Shown here: one piece after another, positions 18,776 to 28,941 of the stretch
Position numbering within the stretch: position 1 is the stretch's first letter
How the letters are laid out: each line of letters opens with the position of its first letter
DNA from: an uncultured Cytophagales bacterium
Lineage (GTDB): Bacteria > Bacteroidota > Bacteroidia > Cytophagales > Spirosomataceae
Direction: 5' to 3'
Assembly (NCBI GenBank): GCA_963782245.1
Contig: CAWAJC010000009.1
Span: 13,829-77,828, forward strand
Length of the DNA stretch: 64,000 bases
Notes under the pieces: model-generated
Database searches by the model: none
What the model was told of the DNA's origin: nothing
The model's input: the letters and a program-made list of their open reading frames with translations, nothing else
Translations under genes and position numbers: made by a program

Positions 18776-20785
18776 TCAGCGCAAAAGTCCCGCAATTTTA
18801 TCTAATGTCAGCATGACCATTACTGGCTCACCCATGGGCGTATAGCTTGGGTTTGCCGATATGAACAACTGATTAACCAGGGAGCGACATTCGGTTGCAC
18901 TCAGGCGGGTTACATGATGCAACGCTGATCGGCGCGATAATGACCGGGCCATCGACTCGATTTTGTCCAGTTTTAGCCGACCCGTATCGGCCCGTAACTG
19001 AGCCAGCAGATTGGCAAACAAGTCTTCTTCGTTTTCCCCCATGGTTAATGTAGGAACACCCCGAATAATGAAGGTGTTTGCGCCAAGTTCATCAAATTCG
19101 AAACCGAGATGAATCAGATCATCGCGCAAATCAAGTGCCAGCTGGAAATCAACGGGCGTCAGCGTTACGGTTTTTGGAAATAGCAACTGCTGCGAGGCTC
19201 CGTTCTGTTTGGTTAATGCCGTATGGAACTGATCGTACAAGATGCGTTCGTAAGCCCGGCGCTGATCAATGAGCATCACGCCCGATTTGACCGGGGCTAA
19301 CAGGTACCGGTTCTGCACCTGGATAATATGCTCATCTTCAATCAACGCTGGCGTATTCTCTCCCGCTGATTCCAGACCCATCTGCAACTGATTGGCCCGG
19401 CTACCCAGCGTAATCGACTCGCTGTCGGAGGACGATGGCGTTGCTTTTAGAGCGCCCAGCCAGTCGCCCCCCTCATTGGGGTTGTCAGCAGGACGAACGG
19501 GTGTAGCAGGGTCGGAAACGCCCTCGTAAAGCGTTTGCCAGTTATTGACCGATGGTCTTTTGGGAATGTCGAAACTACTGCCAGCCGCTTTATCCAGCGA
19601 ATCCGTGCGGGAGATAGTGGGCTCTTTTGCCGATGTCCCTGTACCCAACGACCAGGAAGGCGTAACGGGGCGGGGCAAATGGCTCTCCGCATTGGAAGCC
19701 AATGTACCCTTAACACCCACCGAAGGTTGAGTCGCATCGGGCCGGGCACCGGTCAGAAAGTTAACGTCCGATTCAAAATCAAGCGAGGGTGCGAGGTTAT
19801 ACACACCAACGGCTTTACGGACAGCGGCCATCATAATAGCATAGACGGAGCGCTCATCATCAAATTTTATCTCCGTCTTGGTCGGGTGAATATTGATGTC
19901 GATGTGTGATGGGTCGATATCAATGAACAAAACGTAGAAAGGCTGACTTCCATCGGGAAGAGTGCCTTCGTAGGCTCCCACAACGGCATGATGCAGGTAA
20001 TTGTGCTTGATGTAGCGGTTGTTGACAAAGAAAAACTGCTCATTCCGCGCTTTCCGGGCCGATTCCGGTTTGCCAATGTAACCATGGACAGTAACATAGG
20101 GGGTCTGCTCTTCGCAGAAGTTCAATTGCTCCCGGTAGCTTTTGCCAAACATATCCACAATTCGACGGCTAAGTTTACCGGCTGGCAGGTTATAAATTTC
20201 CTGATCGTTGTGGAACAATGAAAAAGCAACCTCTGGATTGGCGAGGGCTACCCGCTGAAACTCGTCGATGATGTGCCGCATCTCTACCGAATTCGATTTC
20301 AGAAAGTTGCGTCGGGCGGGTACGTTGAAGAATAAATTTTTGATGAGCAGGTTCGTACCGGGCAGGCAGGAAATAGATTCCTGCGCTTTAATGTCGGAAC
20401 CTTCAATCCGAATCAGGGTGCCCAGTTCCTCTTCGGCCCGACGTGTGCGCATCTCAATCTGGGCAACGGCTGCAATAGAAGCCAGTGCTTCGCCCCGAAA
20501 CCCCATAGTGCGAATGCGAAACAAATCATCGGACGAGCGGATTTTGGAGGTAGCATGACGCTCAAAGCTCATACGGGCATCGGTTTCGGTCATGCCGGAG
20601 CCATCGTCCACAATTTGAATCAAATTACGACCAGCCTCCCGGATAATGACCTGCACCGACTTTGCTTTGGCATCCACCGAATTCTCCAGCAACTCTTTTA
20701 CCACCGAAGCAGGCCGCTGAACCACCTCACCAGCCGCAATCTGGTTGGCAATCGAATCGGGTAGTAGCTGAATTATGTTTAACAT
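18776..20785 (-). CDS. mutL: DNA mismatch repair protein MutL
   Basis: NQIAAGEVVQRPASVVKELLENS, HATSKI, GFRGEAL and DINIHPTK motifs. Confidence 0.97.
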   Translation of the reverse strand: MLNIIQLLPDSIANQIAAGEVVQRPASVVKELLENSVDAKAKSVQVIIREAGRNLIQIVDDGSGMTETDARMSFERHATSKIRSSDDLFRIRTMGFRGEALASIAAVAQIEMRTRRAEEELGTLIRIEGSDIKAQESISCLPGTNLLIKNLFFNVPARRNFLKSNSVEMRHIIDEFQRVALANPEVAFSLFHNDQEIYNLPAGKLSRRIVDMFGKSYREQLNFCEEQTPYVTVHGYIGKPESARKARNEQFFFVNNRYIKHNYLHHAVVGAYEGTLPDGSQPFYVLFIDIDPSHIDINIHPTKTEIKFDDERSVYAIMMAAVRKAVGVYNLAPSLDFESDVNFLTGARPDATQPSVGVKGTLASNAESHLPRPVTPSWSLGTGTSAKEPTISRTDSLDKAAGSSFDIPKRPSVNNWQTLYEGVSDPATPVRPADNPNEGGDWLGALKATPSSSDSESITLGSRANQLQMGLESAGENTPALIEDEHIIQVQNRYLLAPVKSGVMLIDQRRAYERILYDQFHTALTKQNGASQQLLFPKTVTLTPVDFQLALDLRDDLIHLGFEFDELGANTFIIRGVPTLTMGENEEDLFANLLAQLRADTGRLKLDKIESMARSLSRRSALHHVTRLSATECRSLVNQLFISANPSYTPMGEPVMVMLTLDKIAGLLR

Positions 20786-20943
20786 GTGCCTGGTATACGA
20801 TGACTAACTGCACCTTAACATTACAAAAAAATAACCCATAAAGGCCGTAGATAATTCAACAAAAGAGGTGCGGTCAGACAAGAGTAGGCTTTCTACTTCA
20901 ATAGTCTACTCACTGACTCAGTTGGACGTAGAATTAAAACGCA

Positions 20944-20982
20944 ACTGCCAGCCCGAAACAGAAGATGTCCCGGGCTGGCAGT
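20944..20982 (-). terminator. Terminator downstream of rpsJ
   Basis: ACTGCCAGCCCG ... CGGGCTGGCAGT 12-bp stem. Confidence 0.7.
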
Positions 20983-21005
20983 ACTAAGAATGTTGAAAAA
21001 AATCG

Positions 21006-21311
21006 TTAGACTTTGATCTCTACATCAACACCACTCGGCAATTCGAGTTTCATCAACGCGTCAACCGTTTTGGCGCTGCTGCTGTAAATGTCGACCAGCC
21101 GCTTGTAAGTACAAAGCTGGAATTGTTCCCGCGCCTTCTTGTTAACGTGGGGCGACCGCAGTACGGTGTAAATTTCTTTTTTGGTTGGCAGGGGGATGGG
21201 GCCACTAACAATAGCACCGGTCGATTTAACTGCCTTTACAATCTTCTCTGCCGATTTATCGACCAGCATGTGATCGAATGACTTCAGCTTAATGCGAATT
21301 TTCTGACTCAT
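21006..21311 (-). CDS. rpsJ: 30S ribosomal protein S10
   Basis: [14 protein letters not shown]...GPIPLPT...[13 protein letters not shown]. Confidence 0.98.
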   Translation of the reverse strand: MSQKIRIKLKSFDHMLVDKSAEKIVKAVKSTGAIVSGPIPLPTKKEIYTVLRSPHVNKKAREQFQLCTYKRLVDIYSSSAKTVDALMKLELPSGVDVEIKV

Positions 21312-21384
21312 TGTGTTCTGGTTCATTAGGTGAAAGCATCCGTCGAAAGAACCATTTACTCCGTCGGGGCTTTAAATGCGGGTG

Positions 21385-21392
21385 CAAAGGTA
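21385..21392 (-). promoter_or_regulatory. Bacteroidota primary-sigma -7 element for rpsJ
   Basis: TACCTTTG on the minus strand matches TAnnTTTG. Confidence 0.65.
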
Positions 21393-21509
21393 CGGAAAAG
21401 TTTTCTGTAAGAAAATAGATATCCCAGTGTTTCTATGGTATTTGACCGCTAAAGCACAGATATCTTATCAATGCACAGAAGTCACTCAGGTAAGAAGTCT
21501 GAGCTTTTC

Positions 21510-21555
21510 ATAAACAGCAGAGCCGTTTGGTTTCCCAAACGGCTCTGCTGTTTAT
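21510..21555 (-). terminator. Terminator downstream of fusA
   Basis: ATAAACAGCAGAGCCGTTTGG-tttc-CCAAACGGCTCTGCTGTTTAT perfect stem. Confidence 0.85.
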
Positions 21556-21573
21556 ATCAGTAGGTAATTGACT

Positions 21574-23685
21574 TTACTTACCGCCTTTTTCTTTGGCAAC
21601 AACCGTATCGGCAATGCTCTGCGGTACCACTTCGTAGTGAGCGAAGGTCAGGTTAGCCGTAGCACGACCCGACGACATGGTGCGCAAATCCGTTACGTAA
21701 CCGAACAGTTCCGACAGGGGAACGTCTGCTTTGATTACCTGCGAACCGGCTTTCGTATCCATACCTTTCATCACACCCCGACGACGGTTTAGGTCACCGG
21801 TGATGGGTCCCGTATATTCTTCCGGTGTCAGTACTTCAACAGCCATGATGGGTTCCAGCAATTTCGGACCGGCCTGACGGGCAGCCTCACGGAAGCCCAA
21901 ACGCGCTGCCATTTCGAAGGATAGCGAATCGGAGTCAACGTCGTGGTATGAGCCGTGGAACAGACGAACTTTCATGCTTTCGAGCGGGAAGCCAGCGAGT
22001 GGTCCGTTTTTCAACGATTCGTCGAAGCCTTTCTGTACAGCTGGGATAAATTCGCGGGGAATAACACCGCCAACAATACCATTTACGAACTCAAGACCCG
22101 GCTGTATAATACCTGTCTCATCTTCGCCCCGTGGTCCAAGTTCAAACACGATGTCGGCAAATTTACCACGACCACCCGTTTGCTTCTTGTATACCTCGCG
22201 GTGTTCAACGTTCTTGGTCAGTTTCTCTTTGTACGCCACCTGTGGTGCACCCTGGTTTACCTCTACCTTGAACTCACGACGCATCCGGTCGATGATGATT
22301 TCCAGGTGAAGCTCACCCATACCCCGGATGATGGTCTGGCCGGTTTCTTCGTTCGACTCAACCTTGAGGGTTGGGTCTTCTTCGATCAACTTACCAATTG
22401 CTTTCGAGAAGTTATCCTGATCGGCCGTTTTCTTCGGCTCGATAGCGTAGCCGATAACGGGCTCTGGGAATACCATCGACTCAAGCACGATTGGGTTCTT
22501 TTCATCCGACAGGGTATCGCCCGTTTTGATGTCTTTGAAACCAACTACCGCACCGATGTCACCTGCTTCCAGGCGTTCGATTTGGTTTTGCTTGTTGGCG
22601 TGCATCTGGAAAATACGCGAGATACGCTCTTTGTTGCCCGAACGGTTGTTCAGTACGTAAGAGCCCGACTCCAGTACACCCGAATACGAACGCACAAAAC
22701 ACAAACGACCTACGTAAGGGTCGGTAGCAATTTTGAACGCCAGTGCGGAAAAAGGCTCCGTTGATGAAGGCTTACGCGAAATTTCTTCGCCCGTGTTTGG
22801 GTTGGTGCCTTTGATGCTCTCCTTGTCCATTGGTGATGGCAACAGGGCCATTACGTAATCGAGCATGGTTTGAACACCTTTGTTCTTGAAAGACGAACCG
22901 CAAAGCATTGGCACGATTTTCATCGAGATGGTTGCTTTACGCAGAGCGGCCAGAATCTCGTCTTCCGAAATCGACGCAGGATCCTCAAAGTATTTCTCCA
23001 TCAGCGAATCGTCAAATTCGGCAACGGCTTCGAGGAGTTTTTCCCGCCATTCTGTAGCTTCCTCCAGCATGTCGGCCGGAATGGGAACCTCCTGGAAGGT
23101 CATACCCTTATCGTCTTCATTCCACTGAATACCGCGGAAGTTAACGAGATCAACTACGCCTTTGAAGTTATCTTCTTCACCAATTGGCAACTGAAGGGGA
23201 ACGGCGTAGCTGCCGAGCATTTCCTTTACCTGCTTACACACGTTCAGGAAATCGGCACCAGACCGGTCCATTTTATTTACGAAGCCCAGACGAGCTACGT
23301 TGTAGTTGTTGGCCAAACGCCAGTTCGTTTCCGACTGTGGCTCAACGCCGTCAACGGCACTAAACAGAAACACCAGTCCATCCAACACACGCAATGACCG
23401 GTTTACTTCAACCGTGAAGTCAACGTGGCCGGGGGTATCGATGATATTGATGTGGTATTTTTTGTCGCGGTAGGTCCAGTCAACAGTAGTGGCAGCGGAA
23501 GTAATAGTAATACCCCGTTCCTGCTCCTGCTCCATCCAGTCCATGGTAGCGGCACCGTCGTGTACTTCACCAATCTTGTGACTTACACCGGCGTAATAGA
23601 GGATACGTTCGGTTGTGGTCGTCTTGCCCGCATCAATGTGGGCAGCGATACCGATGTTCCTCGTGAAATCTAAATCGCGAGCCAT
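21574..23685 (-). CDS. fusA: Elongation factor G
   Basis: [39 protein letters not shown] and GMGELHLE motifs. Confidence 0.98.
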   Translation of the reverse strand: MARDLDFTRNIGIAAHIDAGKTTTTERILYYAGVSHKIGEVHDGAATMDWMEQEQERGITITSAATTVDWTYRDKKYHINIIDTPGHVDFTVEVNRSLRVLDGLVFLFSAVDGVEPQSETNWRLANNYNVARLGFVNKMDRSGADFLNVCKQVKEMLGSYAVPLQLPIGEEDNFKGVVDLVNFRGIQWNEDDKGMTFQEVPIPADMLEEATEWREKLLEAVAEFDDSLMEKYFEDPASISEDEILAALRKATISMKIVPMLCGSSFKNKGVQTMLDYVMALLPSPMDKESIKGTNPNTGEEISRKPSSTEPFSALAFKIATDPYVGRLCFVRSYSGVLESGSYVLNNRSGNKERISRIFQMHANKQNQIERLEAGDIGAVVGFKDIKTGDTLSDEKNPIVLESMVFPEPVIGYAIEPKKTADQDNFSKAIGKLIEEDPTLKVESNEETGQTIIRGMGELHLEIIIDRMRREFKVEVNQGAPQVAYKEKLTKNVEHREVYKKQTGGRGKFADIVFELGPRGEDETGIIQPGLEFVNGIVGGVIPREFIPAVQKGFDESLKNGPLAGFPLESMKVRLFHGSYHDVDSDSLSFEMAARLGFREAARQAGPKLLEPIMAVEVLTPEEYTGPITGDLNRRRGVMKGMDTKAGSQVIKADVPLSELFGYVTDLRTMSSGRATANLTFAHYEVVPQSIADTVVAKEKGGK

Positions 23686-23771
23686 TAGTTTGTTATCCTA
23701 AAAGTTATGTTTTCTCTAATCAGAAAAGGAATCGGCACTGACTGTAATTGACCCCTTTGTAAATCAGGACG

Positions 23772-23779
23772 CAAAATTA
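23772..23779 (-). promoter_or_regulatory. -7 element for fusA
   Basis: TAATTTTG on the minus strand, about 87 nt upstream of the ATG. Confidence 0.6.
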
Positions 23780-23896
23780 CTGAAAGTCAACCGGAAAATC
23801 AATGGTATGGTCAAGAATATCGCAGAAACTATTCCCCTTTTTTGACCATTCTAAACCCGGGAAGGCTTCACCTGAATGAGGTTGCAACTTGGAATC

Positions 23897-25674
23897 ATGC
23901 AAAATCCGTACATCGCTCTGCTCAGAATCGCCTGGACGTATGCCCGCCAGGAAAGACGGCAGTACGTACTCGTCTACTGTCTGTTTATACTGGCCAATCT
24001 GGTCGCAGCTCTGCGCCCCATACTACTGGGCTGGTTCATTGGGGAACTTCAGCAGCAGACTATTGATATCTTAACGCTGGCATGGCAGTATGCCGGTGCT
24101 TACCTGGGAATTGAGTTCCTGCAGTGGGCGTTTCATGGTCCGGCGCGAATCATGGAACGGCGGCTGGCGTTTCACCTGAGCCGAAACTTTCTGGACGAGC
24201 TGTTCCACCAAACCCTGCATTTGCCCGTCGGCTGGCATAAAGACCACCACAGTGGGGCCACCATCAACCGGATTCGCAAAGCGTACGATGCACTCAAAAC
24301 GTTCTTTCAGGATGGGTTCATTTACCTGCAGGCCCTGTCAAAATTCGTTTTTTCGTTCGGAGCCATGATCTATTTCTCCCCGGCTTTCGGCCTGGCAGGA
24401 ATTGCTCTGGGCGCACTAACCATCTGGGTCATTTTGCGGTTCGACCGGCCCTTTATCAGCGCACTCGACGAGACGAATGAGCAGGAGCACATAGTATCGG
24501 CCACGCTGTTCGATAGTCTGTCGAACATACTAACCGTTATCACGCTACGGCTGGAGGAGCGGATTCAGCAGGCACTATCGGGCAAAGTCGCTCTGGTTTT
24601 TCCGCCTTTTATGCGGCAGGTGAAAATTAACGAGTGGAAATGGTTTGTGGCCTCCATTCTGGTTGCGCTAATCTATATCGTTATGGCGACGGGGTATGTC
24701 TATCAGTATTATGTTCCGGGGCAGGTGTTTCTGATTGGCGGACTGGTAACCCTGCTCGGCTATGTCAATCAATTTACGAGTGTGTTTCACGATGTAGCCT
24801 GGCAGTACACCCAGATCGTGCAGTATAATACCGACGTGCAAACCGTGCGAACTATCAGTACCGCTTACGCTCGTCATGAACGCCCTGAACACGAAAGGTT
24901 ACCAGCCAACTGGCAAACAGTTGCTATCGACGGTCTTAACTTCTCACACGGACGGGTGGGTAACTCACTGAAAAAGATTCCCAGCGTAATTGATTTGCGT
25001 ATGCAGCTAAGTCGGGGTAAACGCGTGGCGTTCATTGGGGAGAGTGGCTGCTGGAAAAAGTACGTTGATGACCTTACTTGCGGGGGCTGTATCAGCCGGA
25101 GCCGGGCGTATCTGTACGGGTAGATGGACAGGCGATTCCGGATTTGAATGCCATTGCCAATACGGTAACCCTGTTTCCGCAGGAGCCGGAGATTTTCGAG
25201 AACAGCATTGTTTATAACATCACTCTCGGGCTACCTTTTAGTGAAGCGGAAATACAGGAGGTTTGTGACGTGGCCCGCTTCAGTGAGGTCGTAAAAAACC
25301 TGCCGAAGGGGCTGGAGACAAACATTCAGGAGAAAGGTGTGAACCTGTCGGGTGGGCAGCGGCAGCGGCTTGCGCTGGCAAGGGGTGTATTAGCGGCCCG
25401 TGTCAGCGATATTGTTCTATTGGATGAGCCAACCAGCAGTGTAGACCCCAAAACGGAACTAGCCATCTACCGGAGTCTGCTCCGCGAATTTGCGGACAAA
25501 GCCGTCGTTTCAACCCTCCACCGGCTTCATCTGCTACCCCTGTTCGACTACGTATATATTATGAAGGATGGGAAGGTTATTGATGAAGGAAGCTTTTCCA
25601 GCCTGCTCCAGCGCAGTACTGTTTTTCAGGAGATGTGGGCGCACCAGAAAGACGTGATGGAGGAGAAGGTATAG
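23897..25674 (+). CDS. ABC transporter permease/ATP-binding fusion (frameshift near 25050)
   Basis: TM domain, Walker A GESG..GKST split across frames, LSGGQRQR and LLDEPTS motifs. Confidence 0.9.
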
Positions 25675-25690
25675 GGTTATAGTGTGAAGG

Positions 25691-25730
25691 CACAAAAAAG
25701 CCGTTCAGATTGATGAACAGCTTTTTTGTG
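25691..25730. terminator. Bidirectional terminator
   Basis: CACAAAAAAGCCGTTCA...TGAACAGCTTTTTTGTG between convergent genes. Confidence 0.8.
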
Positions 25731-25745
25731 TTTCAACGAGTATAA

Positions 25746-26459
25746 CTATTCTACCGGAGCCTCAACAATGGCTATTATCTTCCATAATCCCCGAATATCC
25801 TGCAACGGCACCGTTACGTTGCCGCCGTTCGGGTTATCGGAGTGAAGGGTCAGGTATTTGCGGGTCAGGAGTTCATTGTCCCGAATGCGTTTAACAACGA
25901 AATAATCCCGGTACATCACCGCGTATACGGCTCCTGACTGATACTCCCAGTCGTTTTCGCTGACGGGTATAGCCAGCACCTTGGCACCATGCGCCAATTG
26001 GGGACTCATGCTATTACCAGAAATTTCCAGTACAACCGTGTTTTTTTGTCCTTTCACCAGGGGCTTGCGTACCCGAAAATAGTCTATGTCGGACGCACTA
26101 ACCGTATCGGAATAGCTCTCGACGAATGTGGCGTAAAACTTAACCGGTATGAACGGAACGTCGATGGTCTCGTCGTCTGCAACCATCATGCGGGCGTTGG
26201 CCTCCGGCGAATTGAGTACGGGCGTGATGCCCCGAATCAGGAAATCGGCACTGATTTGGGGGTAACAGGCTAGCAAACTCATAATAGTGTCGTACGATGG
26301 TTTTGCCCGGCCATTCAGGATATTATAAAACTTCGATGGGTTCTCACCCAACTCTTTGGCAATCTGGTAAATGGTTATGCCCAGTGCATCAAAAATCTGC
26401 TTCAGCCGGTCCTGAATGGTTAAGGAGGTATCCATATTTTTCAAACAATTTTCAACCAT
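25746..26459 (-). CDS. XRE-HTH plus S24 peptidase (LexA/CI-like) repressor
   Basis: N-terminal HTH (YQIAKELGENPSKFYNILNGRAKP); S24 Ser-Lys dyad motifs GNSMSP and VVKR; LHSDNP. The start may be 26435. Confidence 0.88.
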   Translation of the reverse strand: MVENCLKNMDTSLTIQDRLKQIFDALGITIYQIAKELGENPSKFYNILNGRAKPSYDTIMSLLACYPQISADFLIRGITPVLNSPEANARMMVADDETIDVPFIPVKFYATFVESYSDTVSASDIDYFRVRKPLVKGQKNTVVLEISGNSMSPQLAHGAKVLAIPVSENDWEYQSGAVYAVMYRDYFVVKRIRDNELLTRKYLTLHSDNPNGGNVTVPLQDIRGLWKIIAIVEAPVE

Positions 26460-26579
26460 TGCGGGGTAGACACTTGTTGATATAATATAAGTAAAATATA
26501 TTGCACTTGTATTACGGCAAATATACTACGAATACAGACTAATCCATAGAGGAACACCCAAATTCTTCATTGAAAAGTA

Positions 26580-27845
26580 ATGAACCGAAATCGACTCAGC
26601 ACGCACATTCTACCCACCATATTGTTCGTCGATATGAACAGTTTCTTTGCCTCCTGCGAGCAGCAGGATAACTACTGGTTGCGGGGACGGCCGGTGGGGG
26701 TATGCGTGTATACAGGGCGGCATGGGTGCATTATTGCGCCGTCGGTGGAGGCAAAGGCGCGGGGCGTAAAAACAGGTATGCGTCTGGATGAAGCCATGGC
26801 ACTCTGTCCGGAGTTGGTACCGCTCGAGACCCATCCAGCCCGCTACCGGGAGTACCACGTCAGGATTATTGATGTGCTCCGTACCTTCTCCGATGATGTA
26901 GTGCCAAAAAGTATTGACGAAGCGGTAATTGATTTGACCAACTATCAGCTTGTGTACAAAGACATGCAACAAACTGCACTGGCCATTAAGCAGGCTATCC
27001 GGCAAAAAGTAGGCGACTGGCTGCGGTGTTCCATTGGTATGGCACCTAATGTGTTCCTGGCCAAGTTAGCTTCCGATGTGCAAAAGCCTGATGGCCTGAC
27101 CGTCATTACACCCGCTACTATTGACAATGTGCTACGAACGCTGGTACTGACCGATCTTCCCGGCATTGGTCAGCGCATGGCAGCCCGATTGCAGGCGGGT
27201 GGTGTACACACCCCCCTTGAACTGCGCTACGCATCGCCAGAACACCTGCGGGCAGTGTGTCGAAGTATCGTTGGCTGGCACTGGCACCTACGGTTAAACT
27301 TTGCGGGGGAGGTAGATTTAGATACGAGTCCAAATAACAAAAGCATGTCGGCCATGCGGACGATTTCGGGGGAGCAGCGTCACTCGCCCGACCGACTGGA
27401 TGAGTTGCTGCAATCGCTCTGTCTGACCCTGGAACGGCGGATGGTGCAAAAGGGAATCTACTGCCAGGATATGTCTTTTTCCTGCCGGTACCACACGGGT
27501 AAAACCTATAATTATGAAGCCCACTTTGATACACCAAAACAGGACGGGATAGAACTGTACCAGATTATCCGGGAACGGATGGCGAAGTTTCAGTCGGCAC
27601 ACCATTGCGAACCTGTCCTGAATGAGCATTTGCGGAGTATGTGCGTGGCAGTTTTTCGATTTATACCCGCGGACATGGTGCCCTTAAATCTATTTGAAGA
27701 CGATAGCCGAAAGGGCCAATTTCGCCAAACCCTGTACGATGCCAAAACTAAGTTCGGAGCTACTAAGCTGATACGTGCCGCCGAACTGCGCGAAAATCCG
27801 GCCTATCGGGATGTGATAGGATTTGGAAACATCAAGGATTTGTAA
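26580..27845 (+). CDS. dinB: Y-family DNA polymerase (DinB/UmuC-like)
   Basis: FVDMNSFFAS, SVEAKARGVKTGM, SIDEA, LAKLASD and DLPGIG motifs. Confidence 0.9.
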   Translation: MNRNRLSTHILPTILFVDMNSFFASCEQQDNYWLRGRPVGVCVYTGRHGCIIAPSVEAKARGVKTGMRLDEAMALCPELVPLETHPARYREYHVRIIDVLRTFSDDVVPKSIDEAVIDLTNYQLVYKDMQQTALAIKQAIRQKVGDWLRCSIGMAPNVFLAKLASDVQKPDGLTVITPATIDNVLRTLVLTDLPGIGQRMAARLQAGGVHTPLELRYASPEHLRAVCRSIVGWHWHLRLNFAGEVDLDTSPNNKSMSAMRTISGEQRHSPDRLDELLQSLCLTLERRMVQKGIYCQDMSFSCRYHTGKTYNYEAHFDTPKQDGIELYQIIRERMAKFQSAHHCEPVLNEHLRSMCVAVFRFIPADMVPLNLFEDDSRKGQFRQTLYDAKTKFGATKLIRAAELRENPAYRDVIGFGNIKDL

Positions 27846-27849
27846 AAGT

Positions 27850-27970
27850 CAATAGAACGCCGATTTTTATGATTGTTGAGAGTGATCATGATCGTTTTCA
27901 ATTCCAGCCCTATTGTGTTATGGGGACAGCAGAATAACTCATAGCAATCATAAAAATCAGCGTTCCATTG
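27850..27970. repeat. 121-bp element with 26-bp terminal inverted repeats (MITE/REP-like)
   Basis: CAATAGAACGCCGATTTTTATGATTG ... CAATCATAAAAATCAGCGTTCCATTG (2 mismatches). Confidence 0.75.
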
Positions 27971-28005
27971 TAAAAATAGGTCTCTGCTCAATCAGTGGCC
28001 TGAGA

Positions 28006-28866
28006 TTAGTTCAGCACACCCATGCGGCCGTTCTGAAAATCGTCAAAGGCCGCCACGATTTCTTCCCGTGTATTCATCACGAAAGGACCGTATACCGCTA
28101 ATGGCTCTCTGATTGGCTCGCCAGCCAGAATGAGCAGTTTCGTACCAGATGTTGCCGATAGTGTAATCGTATCACCATCGGTGTTGAACAGGGCAATTTG
28201 TCCCCATTCAAGTGCATTGTCGTTTGCGCTTGCCGAGCCACTCAACACATAAACCATCAGGCTGTAAGTGCCGGGCATGGTAAGGGTTTCGGTTTGTCCA
28301 CCATTGAGCGTCAAATCGGCCACAACAACTGGACTGAACGTGTGAGCCGGACCTGTTGAACCGGCCAGTTCACCCGCAATAACCCGCAACTGACCACCAT
28401 CCGGCAGAATGGAAACGGGAATTTTGCTCGAAGCAATGTCCTGATAACCTGGAGGACTCATTTTGTCTTTAGCGGGTAGATTGACCCACAACTGCACAAA
28501 GTCCAACTGACCGCCCTGCCGGGAGAAATCGAGCTCGTGTTTTTCTTCGTGGATGATGCCCGATGCGGCCGTCATCCACTGTACGTCACCCGCGAAGAGT
28601 TTACCATGATTCCCGGCCGAATCGCGGTGTTCCAGCGCACCTTCGTATACGATCGTAACCGTTTCGAAGCCACGGTGCGGGTGCTGGTCAACACCTTTTG
28701 GCGTCCCGGAAGGTTTTACCTGCATGGGGCCGTGGTGGTCTAATAGTAAAAAAGGGTTAAACGGTCTTGAACCTTGCGGATGGAAGGCGTTCAACCCAAC
28801 AAATCCGTCGCCCACACTACTTGGCGTGGCGGTTTGTATGCTGGATAGGGTACGCTGCGTTTTCAT
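28006..28866 (-). CDS. Pirin family protein
   Basis: PFLLLDH, HPHRGFETVT, QWMTAASGIIHEE and GPFVMNT motifs. Confidence 0.95.
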   Translation of the reverse strand: MKTQRTLSSIQTATPSSVGDGFVGLNAFHPQGSRPFNPFLLLDHHGPMQVKPSGTPKGVDQHPHRGFETVTIVYEGALEHRDSAGNHGKLFAGDVQWMTAASGIIHEEKHELDFSRQGGQLDFVQLWVNLPAKDKMSPPGYQDIASSKIPVSILPDGGQLRVIAGELAGSTGPAHTFSPVVVADLTLNGGQTETLTMPGTYSLMVYVLSGSASANDNALEWGQIALFNTDGDTITLSATSGTKLLILAGEPIREPLAVYGPFVMNTREEIVAAFDDFQNGRMGVLN

Positions 28867-28941
28867 GATTGATGTATCTGTAATTAATGTATATACATTT
28901 AATCAAGAAACCTTGTTTTTTGCCAGTAAGTTCAGAATGAA

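Noticed and set aside
21955-23673. Long antisense ORFs over fusA, and similar ones over uvrD, ompA, prmA, the 1684-aa gene and the DUF5686 gene
   Set aside because: These are shadow ORFs from codon bias on the opposite strand, with no recognisable motifs.
25746-26459. S24 repressor as a prophage remnant
   Set aside because: No integrase, structural or other phage genes are nearby.
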